Shown one piece after another: positions 8,667 to 16,730 of a stretch of DNA of 64,000 nt (position 1 is its first letter; the number at the start of each line of letters is the position of its first letter). The notes below the pieces were generated by a model. It was not told the origin of the DNA. It ran no database searches and saw nothing but the letters and a program-made list of their open reading frames with translations. Where the stretch lies: positions 11,047 to 75,046 of the forward strand of contig CAVVDC010000011.1 in the NCBI GenBank assembly GCA_963746855.1, read 5' to 3'. The position numbers and the translations under genes were made by a program. This DNA comes from an uncultured Chloroflexia bacterium (GTDB taxonomy: Bacteria > Chloroflexota > Limnocylindria > Limnocylindrales > CSP1-4).

Positions 8667-9496
8667 CAGCGGTGGGACGCGAGGAGGAACCGATGGAGCG
8701 CGATACGCCCGGCGGCAGCGATGTGGGACGCGACTTCGAGCGCGATCTCGGTGACGAGCCCGCACCGGCCTATCGCGATTCGGCGCCGGACTACCTGGGT
8801 GCGATCGACGATTCCTCACCGGTCAGCGGTCACACGCCGGCGCCTGAATCGGCGACGTCGGCCATCGACTCCCCCGAGCACGACTGGACGCATGCGCAGG
8901 ACCTGATCTACCCCGCCTTCCGACCGGTCGGGACGCAGGGCCTGGACATCGCCTCGCTCGATCGTGACGCGCTGGTCGGCCAGGGTACGGTGAGTCACGC
9001 GCAGCCCCTGCTCGATGTGGGCCCGGCCGGCTTGCCGGTCGTGTACACGATCGACGCCGGCGCCTACGACATCGTGGTCAACGGCGACCACCTGCTGTCG
9101 TGGGGGATCGGGGCCGCGGAGATCCAGGACGCGGCGATGCGCAACCTGTCGCGCTGGTCCGCGTCGGCGCCGTGGACCGACGAGATCTCGGGCGACCGTC
9201 GGCTCGTCAGCTCCGACACCGGCGACGGCTGGGATGCCGTCCGCATCCTGCTGCCCGAGGTCACGGCCCATCTCACCGCCGAACTGGCGTCCTACGGTCG
9301 GATCCTGGTCGGCCTGCCGGAGCGGCACCTGCTCACCGCCGCGTCGCTCCGTCCCGACGACACCGAATTCGCGACGCTCTTCGCGGAGTTCGTCCTCGAA
9401 CAGTCCGGTGGCGCCGACGAGCCGGTCGACCGGCGCGTCTTCGAGCTTGTGGACGGGCGCCTCGTCGAGTTCGGCGGGGGCGGACCCTCCGCCTGA
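8663..9496 (+). CDS. hypothetical protein (possibly DUF1444-like)
   Basis: TTG 8663 overlaps the upstream stop; ATG 8693 is an alternative start. The N-terminus is acidic and disordered. It is followed by a ~200-aa globular part (...VVYTIDAGAYDIVVNGDHLLSWGIGAAEIQDAAMRNLSRW...RILVGLPERHLL...). Confidence 0.55.
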   Translation: MTAVGREEEPMERDTPGGSDVGRDFERDLGDEPAPAYRDSAPDYLGAIDDSSPVSGHTPAPESATSAIDSPEHDWTHAQDLIYPAFRPVGTQGLDIASLDRDALVGQGTVSHAQPLLDVGPAGLPVVYTIDAGAYDIVVNGDHLLSWGIGAAEIQDAAMRNLSRWSASAPWTDEISGDRRLVSSDTGDGWDAVRILLPEVTAHLTAELASYGRILVGLPERHLLTAASLRPDDTEFATLFAEFVLEQSGGADEPVDRRVFELVDGRLVEFGGGGPSA

Positions 9497-10302
9497 TGGG
9501 CGACCCCGGGGCGCCGGCCCCGGCGTTCGAGTCGCTCCGGTTCGAGGTGGCCGACGCCGTCGCCACGGTCACGCTCGACCGGCCGGCGGCCCTCAACGCG
9601 CTCACCGTGCCGATGAAGGCTGAGCTGCTCCGCGCGCTCGCGCTCGTCGCGCGCGATCGCGGCATCCGGGCGGTCGTGCTGACCGGCGAGGGCCGGGCGT
9701 TCTGTGCGGGCCAGGACCTCAAGGAGCGGCAGGCCCCGGACGCGGCGCCGCTGGCCGTCGAGCTGCGCGAGCGCTACAACCCGATCATCCGCGCGATGCG
9801 TGCCCTCGACCAGCCGATCGTCGGCGCGATCAACGGCGTTGCGGCCGGCGCCGGCGCCTCGCTCGCGTTCGCGTGCGACATCCGGCTCGCGGCCGAGACG
9901 GCGAGCTTCGTGCTCGCGTTCGGGCGCATCGGCCTCGTGCCCGACAGCGGCGCGACCTGGTTCCTGCCACGTCTCGTCGGGGCAGCGAAGGCGGCCGAGC
10001 TCGCCCTGACGACGGAACCGCTATCGGCGGCGGAAGCGGAGCGGTTCGGCCTGGTCGCCAAGGTCGTGCCGGCCGCCGACCTCGCCGCCGAGGCGAAGGC
10101 GCTCGCGCGGCGCCTGGCCGAACTCGCGCCGCGCGCGCTGGCCTCGACGAAGCACGCCCTGGACCGTTCGTGGTCCATCGATCTCGAACGGGCGCTCGAG
10201 GAGGAGGCGCATCGGCAGGGCGTCGCGGGCGCGAGCAACGATCACCTCGAGGGGATGGCGGCGTTCCTCGAGAAGCGGCCACCCCGGTTCCGCGGGGAGT
10301 GA
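9496..10302 (+). CDS. paaG: enoyl-CoA hydratase/isomerase, PaaG-like
   Basis: ATG 9496 overlaps the upstream stop (TGATG). Crotonase motifs present: VLTGEGRAFCAGQDLKE and GVAAGAGASLAFACD. The paaG assignment rests on context with paaABCD. Symbol tentative. Confidence 0.75.
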   Translation: MGDPGAPAPAFESLRFEVADAVATVTLDRPAALNALTVPMKAELLRALALVARDRGIRAVVLTGEGRAFCAGQDLKERQAPDAAPLAVELRERYNPIIRAMRALDQPIVGAINGVAAGAGASLAFACDIRLAAETASFVLAFGRIGLVPDSGATWFLPRLVGAAKAAELALTTEPLSAAEAERFGLVAKVVPAADLAAEAKALARRLAELAPRALASTKHALDRSWSIDLERALEEEAHRQGVAGASNDHLEGMAAFLEKRPPRFRGE

Positions 10303-10315
10303 CGACCCGCCGGCG

Positions 10316-12067
10316 CTAGGGGATCGTCACCGTCGCGACATCCGTGCGCCCGACGAGGATCGTCCCGGCTTCGGACGACCGCAGGACCTCCAGGCGCAGG
10401 TGGTACGTGCCCGGGGCCAGGCCCTCCACCGTGGCCGAGGTCGTGCCCTGCCCTTCGCCGGCCCAGATGTACGGGGCGCCCTCGAGGTAGCCGGGGGTCT
10501 CGTCGGTCTCCGACGCCACGAGCTTGTACCAGGAGAAACAGCCCTCGGGCCCGGTGTAGGCGGCCCACTCGACGGCGAGGCTGCCGGCGTTGACGGTCGC
10601 CGCGAGCGGCCCGAGGCCCTTCACGTCCTTGGCGGTGGTGGAGCGGACCGGGCTGGCCGCGTACGCCTGGTCGTTCTCGTGGAAGGCCATCGTCCGGTAG
10701 GCGTACGTTTCGCCGGGCTCCAGGCCGCGATCGATGGCCGTCAGCCACGATCGATCCGTCCCGTACAGGCTGTCCGGCGCGACCGCCGGGGGCTTCGGCG
10801 GGTAGACCGGCTTGATGTCGGCCGCGGTCGACCGAAGCGTCTGGTAGTGGCTGAACCCGCCGGCGGGTGCCTTCGACCACGAAAGCAGACTGAACCCGCC
10901 GTGGCACGCCGTCACCTCGAGGCCCAGCGAGGCCATCGTGGGTGTCGGCTTGGGTGTCGGCTTGGGCGTGGGCTTGGGCGTGGGCTTCGGCGTCGGCTTG
11001 GGCGTGGGCTTGGCGGCCGGCGGTTCGACCGCGGGCACGTCAGGTTCGGCCGACGTCTCGACGATCGGGCCCTCGGCCGGCGGCTCGGTCTCGGCCGGAT
11101 CGTCCGGCGTCGCCGTCGGCGCCTCGGCCTGCTTCGGATCGAGGATCCCGGCATCGAACCCGAGCGCTATGTCGAGCGCGGCGTTGGCCAGCAGCCAGGG
11201 ATCTCGCAGATCATCGCCGGTCGCGGGGGCGAGTCGCACGTCGGGGATCGCGTCGGGGCCGCCGAGCGAGATCGTCGCCGCGGACCCCTCGGTCAGGTCG
11301 GCCTCGATGCCCGGGCCCTCGATCCGCACGTCGTGTTCGATGCCGACGGCCCGGACCTCCTCGCCGCCGCGCCCGTCCGGTCGGCGGTCCAGGTCGAACG
11401 CCGTGCCGGTGGCGGTCCACGTCACGGAGGCGGTGACGACGCGGTAGCGGCCGGCCTCGTCGCCGACCCGGTGCCAGCTTCGGCCGGCGAGCTGCTCGAG
11501 CTCGATGGTCTCGTTGCCCAGCGCATCAAGGGCAATGGCGGCGGCACTTGCGAGACGCACCTCGCCGCCGGCGATGAACAGCGTCGCGCGGCCGGTGGCG
11601 TCGGTGGTGATTCGGTCGCCCACCTGGAGCTCGGCGCCGGATCGCAGGGCCGTCTCGGTCCCGTCCCGGGTCAGCGTGGCACCCACGGCCTCGGCGGCGT
11701 GGGCCCGTGGCCGGACGCCGAAGAAGGTCTGCGAGTCGAGACCGAGGACGGCGACGACGATCGCCGCGGCCATCCCGATCGCGGCCCAGCGCGCCCGGGG
11801 CAGGATCGCCGGCGCCCGGTCGGTGACGCGGGGCCGGACGGGCTGGAGGCCACCGCCCGCGACGCCGACGGCCGGCAGTGGGGCGCTGGCCGGGTACTGG
11901 TCGAGCAGGCGCGTGCGCAGGTCGGCCTTGAACGCGAGGCTCGGCCGGAACGCGGCGGTCGAGGCGGCGCGAGCGCCGGACGACGTCAGTTCGTCGGCCA
12001 GCGGCTGCAGGTCGGCGTCGAGCTCGCCCGCATCGAAGGGGATCAGGCGATCGTCGTCAGGCCGCAT
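10316..12067 (-). CDS. anti-sigma factor: FecR-like domain, one TM, (KPTP)6 linker, two FN3-like domains
   Basis: ORF track gives 10316..12295. The start is ATG (complement 12065-12067, MRPDDDRLIPFD...), overlapping the sigma gene stop by 11 nt. Domain order: TM WAAIGMAAAIVVAVLGL, then FecR-like ...LQVGDRITTDATGRATLFIAGGEVRL..., then C-terminal beta-rich repeats. Confidence 0.75.
   Translation of the reverse strand: MRPDDDRLIPFDAGELDADLQPLADELTSSGARAASTAAFRPSLAFKADLRTRLLDQYPASAPLPAVGVAGGGLQPVRPRVTDRAPAILPRARWAAIGMAAAIVVAVLGLDSQTFFGVRPRAHAAEAVGATLTRDGTETALRSGAELQVGDRITTDATGRATLFIAGGEVRLASAAAIALDALGNETIELEQLAGRSWHRVGDEAGRYRVVTASVTWTATGTAFDLDRRPDGRGGEEVRAVGIEHDVRIEGPGIEADLTEGSAATISLGGPDAIPDVRLAPATGDDLRDPWLLANAALDIALGFDAGILDPKQAEAPTATPDDPAETEPPAEGPIVETSAEPDVPAVEPPAAKPTPKPTPKPTPKPTPKPTPKPTPTMASLGLEVTACHGGFSLLSWSKAPAGGFSHYQTLRSTAADIKPVYPPKPPAVAPDSLYGTDRSWLTAIDRGLEPGETYAYRTMAFHENDQAYAASPVRSTTAKDVKGLGPLAATVNAGSLAVEWAAYTGPEGCFSWYKLVASETDETPGYLEGAPYIWAGEGQGTTSATVEGLAPGTYHLRLEVLRSSEAGTILVGRTDVATVTIP
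10941..11012 (-). repeat. six tandem 12-bp units encoding an in-frame (KPTP)6 linker
   Basis: The plus strand reads GGTGTCGGCTTG x2, then the GGCGTGGGCTT(G/C) variants, 6 units in all. The repeat lies inside the anti-sigma CDS. Confidence 0.9.
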
Positions 12068-12671
12068 CGATCGACTCCGACGCGAGGGACGCTCGCAGCG
12101 CCCGCAGCGCGCGATGGACCTTGACGGCGAGCGTGGCCGGCGAGCAGCCGAGGACGGCGCACAGCTCGTCGGTCTCGAGGCCATCGAGATAGCGCAGCAC
12201 GATGACCTGCCGGTGCGCGGCGGGCAGCCGTCCGAGGGCGGTCCGCAGCTGGTCGCGATCGATCGCGGCGGACAGGGCGGCCTCGGCTCGCTCATCGCCG
12301 ACGAGCGCTTCGTCGCCTCGGTCGGGGCCGCCGTCGGTGGCTCGGCGTCCGCCGCCGAGCGGCACGGTCCAGCGCGACCGTCGGGTGTGGTCCACGGCGG
12401 CGTTCGCGGCGACGCGATAGAGCCATCCGCCGAACGATTCGTTGCGGAAGTCCGCTCGTCGCACCGCGGTCAGCGCGCGTTCGAACGTCATCGCGGTGAC
12501 GTCCTCGGCAGCGGATCGATCGCCCAGCCGGCGAGCGATGAAGCCGTAGATGCGCGGAAGGTAGAAGTCATAGAGCTCACCGAACGCGGCCGGATCGACC
12601 CGGGCGCGGGCCACGAGGGCTCGCTCCCGGGTCGGGTCCAGTCGGGTGACGGTGCCGGCCTCACGATCCAT
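12057..12671 (-). CDS. ECF-type RNA polymerase sigma factor
   Basis: 204 aa. Region 2 (...FGELYDFYLPRIYGFIARRLGDRSAAEDVTAMTFERAL...WLYRVAANAAVDHTRR) and region 4 (...AHRQVIVLRYLDGLETDELCAVLGCSPATLAVKVHRALRALR) are both present. Confidence 0.9.
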   Translation of the reverse strand: MDREAGTVTRLDPTRERALVARARVDPAAFGELYDFYLPRIYGFIARRLGDRSAAEDVTAMTFERALTAVRRADFRNESFGGWLYRVAANAAVDHTRRSRWTVPLGGGRRATDGGPDRGDEALVGDERAEAALSAAIDRDQLRTALGRLPAAHRQVIVLRYLDGLETDELCAVLGCSPATLAVKVHRALRALRASLASESIDAA

Positions 12672-12795
12672 CGGGGGTCCGATGGTGCGGATGGACGGGT
12701 GGCGCTGCCATCGGCCAGCAGTACCGCGCGAAGCGGGACCACGGGGCGGACCCGTCCATCCGGCTCGTGCCGGCCGGCCCGGACGTCAGTGTCGA

Positions 12796-13920
12796 TTACT
12801 CGACGCTCACGGCGACCCATTCGGTCGTCCCCAGCAGGAACCACGTGTCGCCCTGATGGCCCTTGGCCTGGACGAGGTAGCGATAGGTCACGCCCGGCTC
12901 GACCTCGTGGTCGACGAACGTCGTCACCTCGTGGTTCTCGACCTCGGCGATGACCTTCGGCTCGCCATCGGTCTTGCGCAGGATCCGGTAGTGACTGAAG
13001 GCGTCGGAACCGCAGGCCTCCCAGTGCACGACGACTGCGCCGCCGTCGACATCGGCGTTGATCCACATCGCGGCCGGCTCCGGGATCGGGTCGGGCTTGG
13101 GCTTGTCCGGGGCCGTGATGGCCTTGGCCGGGCTGGCCGCAAGGACCTTGTAGCCGTCCTCGGTGTGGCGCACGCAGAAGACCCGATACCAGACCTTCTT
13201 GCCACTCGGGGCATGCTCATCCCAGGCCTTCGTCTTGCCGCCGATCTCGACCGCCGCGACCAGCTCGTCGTTGTCGGCGGCCGGCCAGCGGACCGTCGAG
13301 TCCTTCGATCGGACGACCTTGTAGTAGTCGGCGCCGTCGACGCCGCACGCGGACCAGTCGATGAGGATGGCGCCTTCCTGCTTGGAGAGGGCGAGCGTCA
13401 TCGCGGGCTTGGGAGCTTCCGGCTTCGGCTTCTCGGCCTTCGGCTTCTCGGCCTTCGGCTTCTCGGCCTTCGGCTTCTCCGGCTTCGGCTCGTCAGCCGC
13501 GGGCTTGTCGGGCGCCTCGGCCGGCTGGTCGGCCGCATCGCCGTCCTCTGCCTCGTCGCCGTCCTTCGGCTCGTCAGCCTGCTCGGCCCCATCGCCGTCC
13601 TTCGCCTCGTCGCCGGTCGCGTGCTCGTCGCCGAGCTTCGCGCTGTCGTCGCCGGATTCGGCGACCGTGGCGGCCCGCCCGCCCGCGTCGTGCTCGTCGA
13701 TCTTCGGGGCCCGGTCGGACCCGAAGCTGGCGCCGAGCGCGAGGGCACACACCAGCAGGGCGCCACCGATGGCGCCCGGGACGGACAGCGCGAGTCGCGG
13801 CGTCACCGCGCGCATGCGGTCGTCGTCCGCCGCCTGTTCGGTCTCGCTCGCGGGCGTGAGGTCCTCGATCACGGGTACGTCCTCGACCGGAGTCGTGTCG
13901 TGCTTGGGTCGTCGTGGCAT
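12796..13920 (-). CDS. single-pass membrane protein with acidic/(EKPKA)n linker and two FN3-like domains
   Basis: ORF track gives 12796..14037. The start is probably ATG (complement 13918-13920, MPRRPKHDTT...). TM LALSVPGAIGGALLVCALALG. The two C-terminal domains (...LIDWSACGVDGADYYKVVRSKD...; ...VVHWEACGSDAFSHYRILRKTDG...EPGVTYRYLVQA) are paralogous to the anti-sigma C-terminus. Confidence 0.7.
   Translation of the reverse strand: MPRRPKHDTTPVEDVPVIEDLTPASETEQAADDDRMRAVTPRLALSVPGAIGGALLVCALALGASFGSDRAPKIDEHDAGGRAATVAESGDDSAKLGDEHATGDEAKDGDGAEQADEPKDGDEAEDGDAADQPAEAPDKPAADEPKPEKPKAEKPKAEKPKAEKPKPEAPKPAMTLALSKQEGAILIDWSACGVDGADYYKVVRSKDSTVRWPAADNDELVAAVEIGGKTKAWDEHAPSGKKVWYRVFCVRHTEDGYKVLAASPAKAITAPDKPKPDPIPEPAAMWINADVDGGAVVVHWEACGSDAFSHYRILRKTDGEPKVIAEVENHEVTTFVDHEVEPGVTYRYLVQAKGHQGDTWFLLGTTEWVAVSVE
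13423..13482 (-). repeat. tandem 15-bp repeat encoding (EKPKA)n
   Basis: CTTCGGCTTCTCGGC occurs three times perfectly (13423-13467), followed by one degenerate unit. In frame within CDS 12796..13920. Confidence 0.9.
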
Positions 13921-14069
13921 CCGTCGTTCTCCCCGGGTCGTCGTGGCCGTCGAATGAGCCGGCGGCCGATGATTCCGACACCCCCAGAACGACCGGCCCG
14001 TGGCGGGGATTACCGGTGCATGCCATCCGATGGTCACCCCGTGCGGTCATCCGAACGTCCCGTGGCCGC

Positions 14070-14098
14070 TTGTCGTCGTGCCGCCCGTGCCGTAGGCT
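14070..14098 (+). promoter_or_regulatory. candidate promoter of paaABCD
   Basis: TTGTCG (14070-14075), 17 nt, TAGGCT (14093-14098). The AGGAGG RBS and ATG 14119 follow closely. Confidence 0.3.
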
Positions 14099-14118
14099 CG
14101 GGCCCAGGAGGTCCATCG

Positions 14119-15105
14119 ATGACCGATCCGCTGGCCCTCGACCCCATCCTGGATCCGCGCGAGCGGACCCGGCCACCGTCCAACCGGGACCTGCCCCACG
14201 ACGAGCGATTCGCACTGTTCGAGGAGCACGTGACCTCCGGCGGCCGGGTCGAGGCGACCGACTGGATGCCCGACGAGTACCGGACCGCGGTCCTGCGCTT
14301 CGTCGAGATGCACGCGAACTCGGAGCTGATGGGCGTGCTTCCCGAGCGCGAGTGGCTGATGCGGGCGCCGACGCTGCGCCGCAAGCTCGCCCTGACGGCC
14401 AAGGTCCAGGACGAGGTCGGTCACGCCCAGTTGCTCTACCGCGTCGCCGAGGACCTCGGCAAGTCGCGCGAGGCCATGTTCGACGACCTGTTGGCCGGCA
14501 AGACGAAGTTCCACAACGTCTTCCACTACCCGACGACCGGCTGGGCCGACGTCGGGATGATCGCGTGGCTGGTCGATGCCGCCGCCATCGTCGCCCAGCA
14601 GGCCCTCCGGGACAGCAGCTATGCCCCGTACGCGCGGACGATGCGCAAGATCTGCTGGGAGGAGTCGGTCCACATCATGCACGGCCGCGATGTCGTGGTG
14701 ACGATGGCGACCGGCACGCCCGCCCAGCGCGCCGCCATCCAGGATGCCCTCGACCGCTGGTGGGGGCCGTTGATGCAGATGCACGGGCCACGCTCGCCGC
14801 GTGAGCAGGATCGCGATCTCCACTGGCGGATCAAGGCGAAGACGTCCGAGGAGCTGCGCCAGGAGTTCCTGACCATCTACGTGCCGCGGATCCGCGAGCT
14901 CGGTCTGGTCATCCCCGACCCCGAGCTCCGCCTCGACGAGGCTTCGGGCACCTGGACGTACACGGACCCGGACTGGGCGGAGCTGCGGACCGTGGTGACC
15001 AACCACGGCCCGATGTCCGAGGCGCGTCTCGAGTTCCGACGGCTGGCCCGCGAGGAGACGCGCTGGGTCCGCGAGGCGGTGCTGGGCGTGCCCGCCGCGG
15101 CATGA
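14119..15105 (+). CDS. paaA: 1,2-phenylacetyl-CoA epoxidase subunit A
   Basis: ATG 14119 lies in the frame of ORF 12646..15105, after an AGGAGG RBS. Di-iron motifs present: ...FVEMHANSELMG...KVQDEVGHAQLLY...ICWEESVHIMHG... Confidence 0.9.
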   Translation: MTDPLALDPILDPRERTRPPSNRDLPHDERFALFEEHVTSGGRVEATDWMPDEYRTAVLRFVEMHANSELMGVLPEREWLMRAPTLRRKLALTAKVQDEVGHAQLLYRVAEDLGKSREAMFDDLLAGKTKFHNVFHYPTTGWADVGMIAWLVDAAAIVAQQALRDSSYAPYARTMRKICWEESVHIMHGRDVVVTMATGTPAQRAAIQDALDRWWGPLMQMHGPRSPREQDRDLHWRIKAKTSEELRQEFLTIYVPRIRELGLVIPDPELRLDEASGTWTYTDPDWAELRTVVTNHGPMSEARLEFRRLAREETRWVREAVLGVPAAA

Positions 15106-15452
15106 CCGAACCTGAGGGTCGGGCATCGGCCGACGCGGCGCCGGTCCTCGAGGCCTGGGAGGTCTTCCGCCAGGAACGGGAGGGCGAGGCCATGCGCCAC
15201 GGCGGGAGCGTCATGGCCCCCGATGCTGAGCTGGCCGCGCACTACGCCCGGGAGCTGTACGGCCGCCGCCAGGAAAGCGTCCGGCTGTGGGTCGTGCGCC
15301 GGACCGACATCGTCGACGTCGCCGATCCGGACCTGCTCCAGCCGCCGCTCGACCGCTCGTTCAAGAAACCCGGCGGCTACGTGATGCGCGACAAGCTGGC
15401 TGCCGCCCGGGAGGCCGCGGGGCAGGAGAAGCCCAAGGCGCGCCCTCGATGA
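15102..15452 (+). CDS. paaB: 1,2-phenylacetyl-CoA epoxidase subunit B
   Basis: 116 aa, ATGA overlap with paaA. ...WEVFRQEREGEAMRHGGSV.APDAELA...YARELYGRR...LWVV is a PaaB-like pattern. Confidence 0.85.
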   Translation: MTEPEGRASADAAPVLEAWEVFRQEREGEAMRHGGSVMAPDAELAAHYARELYGRRQESVRLWVVRRTDIVDVADPDLLQPPLDRSFKKPGGYVMRDKLAAAREAAGQEKPKARPR

Positions 15453-16213
15453 ACGTGGCGGCGCCCCCGGCCACGGCCGCGCTCGAGGCGCTCCTCCGCT
15501 CGATGGCTGATGACGAATTCGTCATCGGTTTCAGCGACTCCGAGTGGACGGGCATCGCGCCGCTCCTCGAGGAGGACGTCGCGATGAGCTCGCTCGCCCA
15601 GGACGAGCTGGGTCACGCGGCCGCGCTCTACGGACTGCTGGCCGACCTGACCGGGGTCGACGCCGACGCGCTCGCATACGACCGCGAACCCGACGAGTAC
15701 CGGCATGCCCGCCTCCTCGATCACGGTCGCGGCGATTGGGCGATGACGATCGCCCGGCGCTACCTGTACGAGACGGCCGACGCCGTCCGGCTCGAGGCGC
15801 TCGGTTCGGGCAGCTGGGTGCCGCTCGCCGAGCTGGTCGGCAAGCTCGTCCGCGAGGAGCGCTACCACCGCATGCACATCGACGCGTGGCTGGATCGCTT
15901 GGCCCGGGCCAAGGGCGAACCGCGAGCTCGCCTGCTCGCCGCGTTCGAGGTCCTGGCGCCGGATGCGGCCACGGTCTTCACGCCACTCCCCGAGGAGTCG
16001 GCGTTGGTCGATTCGGGTGTGCTCGCGGCCCCGATGGCGACGCTGGCCGAACGGTGGCGGACCGCGATCGCCCCGACCATGCGCGGGCTCGATCTTCCCC
16101 TGCCGACCGGACCGATCCCACCGGACGGCCGGGAACGGCACGACGAGCCGTTCCGCTGGTTGTGGGGCGAGTTCACGAACGTCCGCCGAAGCGATCCCGG
16201 AGCGACCTGGTGA
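15449..16213 (+). CDS. paaC: 1,2-phenylacetyl-CoA epoxidase subunit C
   Basis: ATG 15449 overlaps the paaB stop (ATGA). ...LLRSMADDEFVIGFSDSEWTGIAPLLEEDVAMSSLAQDELGHAAALY... Confidence 0.85.
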   Translation: MNVAAPPATAALEALLRSMADDEFVIGFSDSEWTGIAPLLEEDVAMSSLAQDELGHAAALYGLLADLTGVDADALAYDREPDEYRHARLLDHGRGDWAMTIARRYLYETADAVRLEALGSGSWVPLAELVGKLVREERYHRMHIDAWLDRLARAKGEPRARLLAAFEVLAPDAATVFTPLPEESALVDSGVLAAPMATLAERWRTAIAPTMRGLDLPLPTGPIPPDGRERHDEPFRWLWGEFTNVRRSDPGATW

Positions 16214-16728
16214 GCGAGGGCGCGACCCACGTGGGCATCGCCCGGACGCGGGCCGGGTTGACGCCGCCGAGCGACTCGCCGGTCGACGAGGCCGCGGTGC
16301 GGTCGGCCCTCGTCGAGGTCATGGATCCCGAACTACCGATGGTCTCGATCGTCGACCTCGGGATGGTCGGGCGCGTCGCCGTGGACGCCACCGGCATCGA
16401 GGTCGACCTCCTGCCGACGTTCATCGGTTGTCCCGCCCTCGAGCTGATCCGGTCGGCAGTCGAGCAGCGGCTCGGTGCCTTCGGCCGCGCGATCCGGATC
16501 CAGACGACCTATTCGCCACCGTGGAGCGCCGAACGGATCACGGCCGATGGACGGGCGGCACTCGCGTCCGCCGGCATCGCGCCACCGGCACCCGACGGCG
16601 AGGTCAGATGTCCGCTGTGCGACTCGGCGCGAGTCACGATGGACAACGCGTTCGGCCCGACGCAGTGCCGCTCCCTCTACTACTGCCGGGACTGCCGACA
16701 ACCGTTCGAAGCCATCAAGCCCATCTGA
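16210..16728 (+). CDS. paaD: phenylacetate-CoA oxygenase subunit PaaD (DUF59/SUF-like plus C-terminal Cys cluster)
   Basis: GTG 16210 overlaps the paaC stop (GTGA). ...VRSALVEVMDPELPMVSIVDLGMV... is followed by CPLCDS...CRSLYYCRDCRQPFE. Confidence 0.85.
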   Translation: MSEGATHVGIARTRAGLTPPSDSPVDEAAVRSALVEVMDPELPMVSIVDLGMVGRVAVDATGIEVDLLPTFIGCPALELIRSAVEQRLGAFGRAIRIQTTYSPPWSAERITADGRAALASAGIAPPAPDGEVRCPLCDSARVTMDNAFGPTQCRSLYYCRDCRQPFEAIKPI

Positions 16729-16730
16729 CC

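Noticed and set aside
10400-12124. 574-aa plus-strand ORF
   Set aside because: It is antisense shadow of the anti-sigma gene. The translation is Arg/Gly-rich (RGLGRGLRRRLGRGLGGRR...), which mirrors the KPTP repeat. The opposite strand has clear domain content.
10941-13482. Possible CRISPR-like arrays at the 12-bp and 15-bp tandem repeats
   Set aside because: The units are contiguous with no spacers, far shorter than CRISPR repeats, and lie in frame inside coding sequences as peptide linkers. No cas genes are present.
12646-14118. Upstream 490 codons of the 819-aa ORF that ends as paaA
   Set aside because: This part is antisense to the FN3-like gene and the sigma gene. It contains LRLLGLRLLGLRLLG, which is just the reverse reading of the 15-bp repeat. 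paaA homology, an AGGAGG RBS and ATG 14119 define the real start.
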